From assembly GCA_040768745.1 (NCBI GenBank), contig JAXGMI010000001.1:736001-800000 (forward strand): 64,000 nucleotides of DNA, in the 5' to 3' direction. Within the stretch, counting starts at the first letter, position 1; each line of letters opens with the position of its first letter. The DNA is from Desulfomicrobium sp. GTDB lineage: Bacteria; Desulfobacterota; Desulfovibrionia; Desulfovibrionales; Desulfomicrobiaceae. The notes below the pieces were generated by a model. The model saw nothing but the letters and a program-made list of their open reading frames with translations. It was not told where the DNA came from and did no database searches. Positions 47,099 to 56,441 of the stretch are shown here, piece by piece. The position numbers and the translations under genes were made by a program.

Positions 47099-47881
47099 AT
47101 GACGACGTGGGACAGACAGTCTTACTACTATTCCGGCCAGGGTGTGGTCATGGTCGGGGACCTGGACGAGGACAACGCCCTGCTGGGCTTGACGCCGCTC
47201 GGCAACGTGACGGCGCTGGAGATCGGCGTGGAGGTGTCCGTCGAGGAGCACACGGAGAGCCAGAGCGGCCAGCGCGGCACGGACCTGCGCAAGGAAAAGG
47301 AGACCAAGGTCAGCATCAAGATGACCGCCCAGAACTTCGTGCGCGACGTGCTGGCCATGTTCACCCGCGGCACGTCGACGCCCGTCGACGCCGGCGAGGT
47401 CACGGCCGGAGAGGTGGTCTGCATGCTCGGCAAGGTCATGCCGCTGCCGCACATCAAGGTCAGCGATGTGGTACTGAAGAAGGGTGAGGCGACCCTCACG
47501 GCCTACGTCGATGACGACACCCCCTATGACTACCAGCTCAATGCCGACGCCGGCAGCATCAGGTTCGCGGCCACCCCGGCCACGTCCGGCCTGACGGACG
47601 AGGACGAGCTGACCATCGCCTACGATTACGCGGCCCAGGCCCAGGTGGACAGCCTGACCACCGGCGCCGTGGCCCGCTTCCTGCGGTTCGAGGGCCTGAA
47701 CACCGCCGACAGCAACCAGCCGGTGGTTGTCGAGGCCTTCCGCTGCCAGTTCGACCCGGCCAAGGTATTGTCCCTGATCTCGGACGAGACCGTCCAGTCA
47801 TTCGAGCTGGAAGGGTCGATCCTGGCCGATCTGACCCGCGCAACCGGATCCAAGTACTTCCGCGAACGGATGCTGCGGTAG
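47099..47881 (+). CDS. Major tail (tube) protein, siphovirus type
   Basis: YYSGQG, LGNV..LE and LRFEGLNTA motifs; GAGGAG RBS. Confidence 0.8.
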   Translation: MTTWDRQSYYYSGQGVVMVGDLDEDNALLGLTPLGNVTALEIGVEVSVEEHTESQSGQRGTDLRKEKETKVSIKMTAQNFVRDVLAMFTRGTSTPVDAGEVTAGEVVCMLGKVMPLPHIKVSDVVLKKGEATLTAYVDDDTPYDYQLNADAGSIRFAATPATSGLTDEDELTIAYDYAAQAQVDSLTTGAVARFLRFEGLNTADSNQPVVVEAFRCQFDPAKVLSLISDETVQSFELEGSILADLTRATGSKYFRERMLR

Positions 47882-47956
47882 CCCGACATCAACGCCAACG
47901 GGCCGGTTCAACGAGAGCCGGCCCGAACCACGGCCAAGCCTGACCTAAGGAGTACC

Positions 47957-48367
47957 ATGGAAACCCTTGAGAAGATCGCCCCTGCCCCTCTCACCCTCAC
48001 CGTCGCCGGCGAGTCCCTGACAATCTCCCCGATCAAGACCAGGGAGCTGCCCAGGATGCTCAAGGCAGTGAAGCCCATCGCCGCCGAGATCCAGTCCGGG
48101 GACGTGGTCGCCGCACTGATGGCGAACGCGGACTGCCTGGTCGAGGCCGTGGCCATCGGAGCCAGGAAGCCCAGGGCCTGGGTGGACGAATTGGATCTGG
48201 ACGACCTGGTCATGCTGGCGTCCGCCGTGTTGGAGGTGAATGGCGATTTTTTCGTCCGTGCGGTCCTGCCCGGGGCAATAGAGGCGATGGACCGCGTGAG
48301 TCAGCTGATTGGGCAGAGGTCATCGATGCCCTCGTCGGCGGCGGATACGGACTCGACGAAATCCTAG
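47957..48367 (+). CDS. Tail assembly chaperone (G-like)
   Basis: EVNGDFF motif; lies between tube and tape-measure genes. Confidence 0.75.
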   Translation: METLEKIAPAPLTLTVAGESLTISPIKTRELPRMLKAVKPIAAEIQSGDVVAALMANADCLVEAVAIGARKPRAWVDELDLDDLVMLASAVLEVNGDFFVRAVLPGAIEAMDRVSQLIGQRSSMPSSAADTDSTKS

Positions 48368-48534
48368 ATCTCCCGCGCGACGGCGTTCTGGCTCTGGCTG
48401 ACGCGCTGGCGGCCAGGCGGCGCAAGGAATCGATCCTGCGCGAGATTGAACAGAGCAACGCGGCCCGCGCCGCCTGGCTCGATCCGAAAGACTACAACGC
48501 CCACGTGGCGAAACTGAAGAAGGAACTCGCATGA
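48307..48534 (+). CDS. Start-less -1 frame extension of the tail chaperone (GT-like)
   Basis: Open -1 frame DWAEVIDALVGGGYGLDEILDL...KLKKELA ending at TGA 48532-48534, overlapping the tape-measure ATG. Confidence 0.65.
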   Translation, partial: DWAEVIDALVGGGYGLDEILDLPRDGVLALADALAARRRKESILREIEQSNAARAAWLDPKDYNAHVAKLKKELA

Positions 48535-51500
48535 GCGACATGGCTCTCTCCCTAAAGATCCAGGCCGATGCCAAGCAAACCATGGCCGAGCTGAAGGCCC
48601 TTGTGGCCCAGGTGAAGCTGTCGGGCCGAGAGGCTACGGCCGCGGAGCGGGAGGCCATCAACGCCGCGCGCGAACGGGTCAAGGAGACGCGGGCCGTGGC
48701 ACTGGCCCAGCGCGACATGGGCACCCTCGGTGTGCGGTCCACCAAGGCCATCAAGGAAGAGATGGACCAGGTGAACGCCGCCCTGGACCGCCTCAAGAGA
48801 TCGAGCAGCGCGGCGGGAACGGACCTGGCCCGCGCGACCCAAGCCGCCAAGGTCAAGATGTCCGAGTTGAAGGCCGAGATGTCCGGCACCGTCAGTGCCT
48901 CGGACCAACTGCGGGACGCTTGGGGGCAGCTGGCCGGCCTGGTCGCCGGACTGGCTGCGTTCGGCACGGCGGCCAGGGAGGCCATCCAGTTCGAGAGCGC
49001 CCTGGTGGATCTGCGCCGTGCCGCCGGCGTGACCAGCGACGAGGCCCGGGAGATGGGCAAGGAGTTCCAGGACCTGGCCGTCAAACTGGGCATGAGCGCG
49101 GTGGCCATCACGCAGCTGGCCACGGAAGCGGCCAAGACCGGCGTGGCTAAGCGCGATCTGCTGGAGTTCTCGCGGATCGCTGCCACGGCGGCCATGAATT
49201 TTGACATGCTCCCCGAGGAGGCCGGCAACGCCCTGGCCAAGCTCAAGAACATCCTCGGCCTGGGCGTGAAGGACATGGAAGCCTTCGTGGCCACCCTGAA
49301 CGAGCTGGCCGACAACGCCGCCACCAGCGAGCGGGACATCATCGAGGCCCTGAAGCTGGGCGGTGGATCCGCGATCCAGTTTGGCCTGACCGCCAGGGAG
49401 TCCGCGGCTTTGGCCACGGCGTTCCTGGACCTGGGCGCGACATCGGAGCAGGCCGGCACGGCCATGCGCACCCTGCTGGGCAGATTGCGCCTTGCGTCCT
49501 CCGGAACTGGCGAGGCCGGCAAGGCTCTGCAGCGAGTTGTCGGCGACGCGCGGAAGTTCGCCCAGGTCATGGCCGTGGACGCCAGCGGAGCGCTGCAGCA
49601 GTTCATGGAGAAGCTGAAGGAGATGCCGTCGGCGCAACGCTTCGAAGTATTGCGGGACATCTTCGCCGAAGGCCTGGACACGGAGAATATCTCCAAGCTG
49701 GCCGGCGGTGTCGACCGGTTGACAGCGGCCATGGGCCGGGCGGCCAAGTCCGATGACGAGCTGATCCAGGGCTTGCGCGACCTGACGAACATGAAGCTCG
49801 AATCCACCTAGTCCGAGCTGAACAAGATGGGCGCAGCCTGGCGCAATGCCGGCTCGGCTGTCGGAGAACTCTTCCTGCCGATGATTCGAGCGACAGCCAT
49901 CGCCCTGGTGGCCGTGGCCGATGCCATCAGGACGTTGATCGATGTGGCCCCGAACCTGACCAGGTTGGTTACGGTCGGCGCGATGATCGCCTTGGCCTGG
50001 GCCCCGCTCAAACTGCTCTTTTCAGGGCTTGGGCCGGCGCTGACGCGTCTCGGGTCCGTAGCCGTCGCCGTTGGATCAGCGTTATGGAAGTTTTTTTCGG
50101 CGACGAGCGCCGGGGTTACGATCCTTGGGGGTGCCCGCGTCGCTATGGCAACCCTGGGCCGAGCCATCGTGGCTATGCTCGGTCCAATCGGGTGGGCACT
50201 CTCGGGCCTGACGCTCCTCTGGTCCGCCTGGAATTGGTTCAAAGAAGACGACCAGGCAAAGGCCATGGCTGAACGAGCTGCGGCATTCGATGATGTGGGC
50301 TCTGCCCTGAAAGGCGTCGGGACCGCTGCTGACCAGGCAAAGAACCAGATCCAGCTGGCCATGGAGGAGGCGACGGCGCCCATCGAGGCCCTGGTTGCGA
50401 ACTACAAGACGGCCACCGAGCAGATCAAGACGACCCTTGCCGACCGGCTGCTGGCCATCGACGACGCGGCCAAGCGGGAACTGGAGGTTGTGCAGACTGC
50501 TGGCCTGAGCCAGCGTGACCAACTGCGAGAAACGGCCCGGATCACGCTCGAAGCCGAGAATCAGAAGGTCGACGCCATCCGGACGGCCGGTCAGGACATG
50601 GAGCGCGCCTGGCAGACGACCTATGGCCGGGCCCTGGAGATAGCACGCGCCGCCGGCATGGACACGGTGAAGCTGGAGCAGGACGCCACCGACGCCAAGA
50701 TCGAGATCTACAAGCAGCTGGAAGCAGGATACCGCAAGACCGTCGATGCCCTCATCGCCGAGGAGCAGCGGCACCTGAGGGCCGTGCAGGAGATCGAGAA
50801 CCAGCGGCTGCTGCTGAAAATGTCCGTCGAGGATAGGATCCGCTCGCTGAAGCAGAAGACCATGTCCGACGAGCAGGCCTATGCCGACCGCGTCCAGCAG
50901 ATCGAGGACAAGCTGGCCAAGGCTCGGGAGGCATCGGCCAAGGGCCAGTCCGACATGGCCAAGCGGTATGCCGACGAGGCCATGGGCCTGGCGGAACGCA
51001 ATGCCCAGGAAGTGGTCCGGACGGTGGAGCAAGGCGGCCAGCGCGTCTCCACCACGGTGGTCACCCTGGAGCAGGCCGTGCGCACCAGCCAGGGGCAGAT
51101 CGAGCAGGCCTTCTCCATCCTGGACAGCGACCTGGCCAAGAACGCCCAGGACCGCGCGGAGATGGCCAGCGACACCAAGGCCAAGGCAGGCGAGGCCAAG
51201 AACGACCTGCAGGGCGTCCTGGAAAAGCTCCAGGAAATCAGGGCGGCCCAAGAGCAGAAGGTCGCGTTGCAGCTGGAGGCTGACGAAGCATCTGCGGCAG
51301 CGGCCCTGGAGAAATTGCGCGCTATCGCCGATGCCCAGACCATCCTGGCAAAGGTTGACGCGGATCTGGCTGCGGCCACGGCGAGCTTGCAGGCATGGAA
51401 GGATGCTCCGGACAACAAGGAAATGGCCCTGACCGCCAGGGTGGACCAGGCCAGCCTCGACGTGTCGGTCGCCAATCTCAAGACGGCCATGACCAATGCC

Positions 51501-52190
51501 GGCCTGCAGGTGCCCGCCGACCTGGACACCGCCCCGGCCAGGGAATCACTCGAAAAGCTGCACCAGATCCTCGACAGCACGAAGACGACCTCCAAGCACG
51601 ATGTGAAGGACAACGTCCCGGCCGTGAAGAAGGAGATCGATTCCTTGAAAGGCCGCAACACGTCCTCCACGCACACGATCTACGTGCGTCGAGTTGAACG
51701 CAACGCTGCAGGCGGGTGGGCCGGCGAGGCAGCCCAGAGCCTGGCCGATGGCGGCCGGGCCTGGCGCCGCTTCACGGGTACGGTCTTCGGCCCAGGGACG
51801 GGCACGTCGGACTCGATCCGCGCCATGCTGTCCCGCGGTGAGTTCGTGGTCCGGGAGCGGGCGACCAGGATCGTGTCCCAGGTGCTGCCCGGGTTCATCG
51901 AACGGTTCAACGCCGTGTCTTCGAAGACCGACTTGCAGCGCCTGTTCAGCAGTTTCGCGGGGGCGCTGTCCGCGCCGCAGCTCAAGTTGGCCGGCGGCGG
52001 CTGGGCCACGGCTCCGGTCATTTCATCCACGTCCGGAGCGCCCGGCGCATTCAGCGACACGATGACCTGGTTGATTCGCGCCGGCGAGAGCGAGGCCAGG
52101 ATCCGCGTCGTGGGCGCCGACAGCCGCCGCGATCTGCACGCCATCACCGACGAGCTGACCCGCGTGGGTCTGTTGAGGGGGACGAGATAA
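48531..52190 (+). pseudogene. Tape measure protein interrupted by an in-frame TAG at 49809-49811
   Basis: ORFs 48531-49811 and 49827-52190 are in the same frame; together they give one 1219-codon Ala-rich tape-measure gene with a C-terminal GPGTGTSDSI..MLSRGEFV motif. Confidence 0.88.
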
Positions 52191-52191
52191 C

Positions 52192-52686
52192 ATGGGCACA
52201 CGCTTCCGGCTGTATTCGACGGATGTCGACCCGACGCTGACCCCGGACCTTTACGGCACCGAGGAGCCGCCGGCAGAACCATCGGCCGTCCCCGCCGTCC
52301 TCATCCGATGGGATCATGACCCCATCGAGGGCGGAATCCAGGAAGCGCCTCCCGAGGGGCGCGGATCCGTCATCGAGACCGGAGACAATGGCATCGTGGT
52401 GCAGGACTTCGGCGTGCCGGACGGCGGCGGCACATTGACCATCCAGGGCAACGCACAGCCCGACGGGGAATTCCTGACGCCGGAGACGGTGGCCCTGTTC
52501 CGGGCCGCGTACAAGGCCGCCGACGTCGAGTACTACCTGACGGACGGCGTCCGCTGCTGGCGAGTTAGGTGGAGCCGCAAGCCGGCAGGTTTTAACGTCT
52601 GGATGTCCCAGTTCTGGGCGGAGCATGGCGTGATCGAGTACAGCTACGAGTTCGTATTCATTGTCATGGAGGAAATCGAGCTGTGA
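52192..52686 (+). CDS. Tail tip protein (distal-tail position)
   Basis: Directly after the tape-measure gene and coupled to the next gene. Confidence 0.6.
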   Translation: MGTRFRLYSTDVDPTLTPDLYGTEEPPAEPSAVPAVLIRWDHDPIEGGIQEAPPEGRGSVIETGDNGIVVQDFGVPDGGGTLTIQGNAQPDGEFLTPETVALFRAAYKAADVEYYLTDGVRCWRVRWSRKPAGFNVWMSQFWAEHGVIEYSYEFVFIVMEEIEL

Positions 52687-55600
52687 AGCCGTGGCGCGTC
52701 ATCCTGAACGGCGTCGACATCACGCGGAAGGTGTCTCGGGTGCAGACTCGGAGCGAGGCAGAGAATATCTGCCTCGAAGCCGAGGTGACCATCGCCGATC
52801 CGTCGATCCTCGATGGCATTGTTTTGCCGCGGGTGCCGCAGGTCCTGGCGATAGAGGTCGACGCGCTGGTAAATGGATCCTGGGTGAGTCGCGGCGCGTA
52901 TTACCTGGAGCAGATCGGCCACGCCCTGGAGCAGAACTCTCACTTGGCCACGGTCTGGGGCCGCAGTCTGAGCGCCCGGCTGACGACGCCATGGGCCCAG
53001 AAAATTTCCCGCCAGTGGGGCGTGGCGAAGACCATCGACGAGATCCTGTCCGAGCTGTCCGCGATGTGCGGTGTGGCCATTTCGATTCAAAATGATTTTC
53101 CGATCTGCCAGTACTGCTACGCGGTGTCGGACTGGTACCCGAGCCAGATCGTTCAGGATTTGGCCGAACGGTCCGGCCAGATCTGCTGGCCGCAGATCGA
53201 CGGGTCGCTCCTGATCGCGCCCAGGTTGTGCCGCGACCTGCCGGCGCCGGTGGTCACCCTGGTCGCCAATCAGATTGAGGTACAGGGTGTCCGCAGGCAG
53301 GTGCCCGATTTTGGCAACCGCATCTTGGTTTCCGGCGACGCTGCAGTCGCTGGCTTGTCAGTGCAGGTCGTGCCGCTGTCCGATGAAGATGCATGCGTTG
53401 TCGCTGACGGTCAATCCGCCGTTCGGCTCATCGCCATTGTTCTCGGCGCGGACGGATTGCCGGTTGCACTTGGGACAGTGGTCACATGGTCCGCATCATC
53501 CGGGCTCATGTCAGCAGCGACGAGCCAGACTGCAGAAGTCATGCGACAAGGCGAGGCTCATAAAGCTGACAGCTACACCAGCATCACGCTGGATATGCCT
53601 GCCGTTTCCGTTGTAGGCGTCTATGCCCGCAAAGACACACGGCGCGTTACGAACCTGTACCGGCAGCGAGGTGGCTCGGTGTCTGGCCGTGTCATCACAT
53701 TTGCGGCCCCGCTCGACTACTTCGATCAGGCTGTTATTGTTGACTACATCGTTGCAGGAGCACCGATCACATGGACGGCTGGATGGGTCCCTGGCGATGT
53801 GACGGTGCTTGCATCCGTTGCTGGGGCGCAAGGCTATGCAACGATTCACCAGAGCAACCCGACGGCCTGTCAAACGCAGATTTCGCTTGAAGCTGTTCCA
53901 TCGTCGCCATGCCTGGGCGATACGGTCACGATTTTTCTCAAAGCAACAATGTTCGGAGGAGCTGGCGTTGGCACAGCAACCTTTGACATCCAGGGGTGCG
54001 GATCGATTTCGAGTACGCGAACAGCACTACAGCCTCAGCAGATTACAGAGACATTGAGGACAAGCATTTGGGGCGGGGCTGCGGAGGTGCGGCTGTCCGC
54101 CGTTCCTGCCGCTGGGTCTGTTCCTGTCGTCTATGAGGTGGGCACGACAACACCTAACCTTTACGCCTCGCACAAAGGGCAGACTGTCATCCTCAACAAC
54201 GCAGCGATACTTCCGGGCACGCAGGTTGCGGTCACCTACGTTGCAGGCGGAACGGCGGCGATCACGTGGACGCCGTCTGCGCTGCCGAGCGGCAACGAGT
54301 ACATCGCAGACTCTTTGCTCGTCACGCATGCTGGAGAGGCACCAAATACTGTCGCACAGGTCACGCTAACTCGCACGCCGGTTTCTGCGCCTCTATGCGT
54401 CCCGACGATGGAGATTGGCGATTTTTACGCCTCGCATAATGGGAAAGTGGTCACGCTGCTTGAAGATAATGGCGTCATCCTCCCGGTGGGCACGCTGGTG
54501 TATTGCTCGTATCAGTCTGTTTGGGGCACGCAGCCTGGATGCTCTGCAATCATTACTGTGCGTGTTGAGGACGGCAGCGAGGACGGAGGTCGCGGGCAAC
54601 TATCGGTCACGGCGCGAGACTGTCGTACCGTCGTAACGGACGGGACGTATGACCCGAATGACCCGACGCAGATACCAGACGAGGTGTTAGGAGGGGGCGG
54701 CTCCGTAAGCCCGCCTGATCTCGAAGATGAAGAGGATATGACTGTAACGCCAAACGGATGCAATACAGGATCTATCAACGCCCGCACGCCCGTCATAAAT
54801 GCCCAAAACTCCACCTCTGTTTTCGGTGTGCCTTCAGTCGAGCAGTGCCCCGGCAACTGCACGTGTGACGAGATTTGCACGGCCCTAAGAAACACGGGTC
54901 GCTTATCCGCTGAAGGCAATATGACGTGGTCGACATGCATGACCGCCTGTAATGCTGCGCGTGCTCAACAGTGCAACTCTTGCACGCTCTCAGGGCCGTC
55001 TACACTCGAACCAGGGGCCGAGGGTACCTGGACGGACAACAAGGGCAATTCCGGTGAGTGGACTGGCGCTCTTTCTCTTATTGAACGCACATCGGCAGGT
55101 TACAAGGCCAAGATGCCTACCGGGGGCGCAGGTCCTTTCACCGTGCAAGTTTGCTACGGTGGGGACGCTCGCCAGTGCTGTGAGGCTCAAGTTGCATTTC
55201 CTCCCTGTTCTCTAACTGGTCCGTCAGAACTTTCCCCGGGGCAAGAGGGTGAATATGTTCCATCGCTTGGAATGAGTGCGGCATCGGCGGTTGCATCGAG
55301 CATGAACATAGTACGGAAAACAGAAACGGCTTTTATTGCCGCGCTTTCCAGCGGCAAATGCAGTGGGTCGATAAGTGTTTCTTACGGCGGGCGTTTGTGC
55401 GGACTGCAGATTGTGTCGTCCACGTTGAATAACGACACTATGGTCGCTGTCGGCCCAGCAGAGCTTCAGCCGGGGGAGAGCGATTATTTCGCCGTAGGCA
55501 CTGGCAGCGGCAATCTGGATGGGCTGACCTACACCGGCACTCTGGAGATGGTGTCGCACGCCGGCGGTGGCGCGATACTACGCATGCCTAACGGGGCGAG

Positions 55601-55937
55601 TGGTAGCTACACGGCCAGTTGGACGGCGAGTTGTGGGCGGAGTGCGAGCGTGAGTGTAATTGCTGCACAAGGATCTTGTATTGGTGCAAGAAGTCGAGGC
55701 TGTGGTGACATCCCGGAGTATGTCAGAGCCGGACCTGGAGGAGCATGTGCTGTTGTTGGGGCTGGTTCTGCTGGGTGGTGCAGCGCTGCTGTTGGATGCT
55801 GGATGACAGAGGCAATATGTGCATCTAATCTGCCTATGTTCAAGGGCAAACCATGTTTGTGCCAGTCCACGTCTGCGCTCCAGGGTGGGGATGATCCGCC
55901 AGCGAACGGGGGCACATTCGTGTTGATACCAGTATAA
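52683..55937 (+). CDS. Large tail-tip/hub protein with Ig-like and Cys-rich repeats
   Basis: 1084 aa; hub-like N-terminus, invasin-type Ig segment (ADGQSAVRLIAIVLGADGLPV...VTWSAS), Cys-rich C-terminus. Confidence 0.75.
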   Translation: MKPWRVILNGVDITRKVSRVQTRSEAENICLEAEVTIADPSILDGIVLPRVPQVLAIEVDALVNGSWVSRGAYYLEQIGHALEQNSHLATVWGRSLSARLTTPWAQKISRQWGVAKTIDEILSELSAMCGVAISIQNDFPICQYCYAVSDWYPSQIVQDLAERSGQICWPQIDGSLLIAPRLCRDLPAPVVTLVANQIEVQGVRRQVPDFGNRILVSGDAAVAGLSVQVVPLSDEDACVVADGQSAVRLIAIVLGADGLPVALGTVVTWSASSGLMSAATSQTAEVMRQGEAHKADSYTSITLDMPAVSVVGVYARKDTRRVTNLYRQRGGSVSGRVITFAAPLDYFDQAVIVDYIVAGAPITWTAGWVPGDVTVLASVAGAQGYATIHQSNPTACQTQISLEAVPSSPCLGDTVTIFLKATMFGGAGVGTATFDIQGCGSISSTRTALQPQQITETLRTSIWGGAAEVRLSAVPAAGSVPVVYEVGTTTPNLYASHKGQTVILNNAAILPGTQVAVTYVAGGTAAITWTPSALPSGNEYIADSLLVTHAGEAPNTVAQVTLTRTPVSAPLCVPTMEIGDFYASHNGKVVTLLEDNGVILPVGTLVYCSYQSVWGTQPGCSAIITVRVEDGSEDGGRGQLSVTARDCRTVVTDGTYDPNDPTQIPDEVLGGGGSVSPPDLEDEEDMTVTPNGCNTGSINARTPVINAQNSTSVFGVPSVEQCPGNCTCDEICTALRNTGRLSAEGNMTWSTCMTACNAARAQQCNSCTLSGPSTLEPGAEGTWTDNKGNSGEWTGALSLIERTSAGYKAKMPTGGAGPFTVQVCYGGDARQCCEAQVAFPPCSLTGPSELSPGQEGEYVPSLGMSAASAVASSMNIVRKTETAFIAALSSGKCSGSISVSYGGRLCGLQIVSSTLNNDTMVAVGPAELQPGESDYFAVGTGSGNLDGLTYTGTLEMVSHAGGGAILRMPNGASGSYTASWTASCGRSASVSVIAAQGSCIGARSRGCGDIPEYVRAGPGGACAVVGAGSAGWCSAAVGCWMTEAICASNLPMFKGKPCLCQSTSALQGGDDPPANGGTFVLIPV

Positions 55938-55946
55938 GGTGAAAGC

Positions 55947-56441
55947 ATGCTGAATGATACTGAAAAGACTATTGTAAATCTTGACTACGTGCCCATGTCC
56001 AGTGTCCGAACTGCATATATCAATCGCGTGCGTTTGGAGCATGAGCGACATGACAAGATCAGTGCATGGTTTGATTCGAATGGTTTCGAGCTCCTGGACA
56101 TCCCCGCCGGCCAGCTCCTGACAGACGATGGCCGTGAGGTGCTGCGGGCGCACGGCAAAGCCTGGGCTCTCCGGCCAGAGGTGCATGCACGGCGACTAGC
56201 AGAGGCTATGGAGCAGGCCAGAAAATGTGATGCTGCACGGACAGAACAACAGCCACAGCAAGCACAGCCGACACCACCGCCCACAATCTGCACATCGCTG
56301 ATTGACGGGCAACTCTGCGGAGGCAATCTGGTTCTGGCTCCCGTCTGCCCGAATTGTGCGCTTGGGAAAAGCGGCGTGGCTGCAACCCTGACCTGTGATG
56401 TCTGCGGGCATGCGGCGGCAATTATGCGAGGTGACGGATGA
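55947..56441 (+). CDS. Hypothetical protein with C-terminal Cys cluster
   Basis: C-x7-C, CPNC and CDVC motifs. Confidence 0.7.
   Translation: MLNDTEKTIVNLDYVPMSSVRTAYINRVRLEHERHDKISAWFDSNGFELLDIPAGQLLTDDGREVLRAHGKAWALRPEVHARRLAEAMEQARKCDAARTEQQPQQAQPTPPPTICTSLIDGQLCGGNLVLAPVCPNCALGKSGVAATLTCDVCGHAAAIMRGDG

Noticed and set aside
49809..49811. Phage-wide TAG reassignment
   Set aside because: Other prophage genes end normally at TAG (e.g. 43508, 47881, 58369) and only one gene is interrupted.
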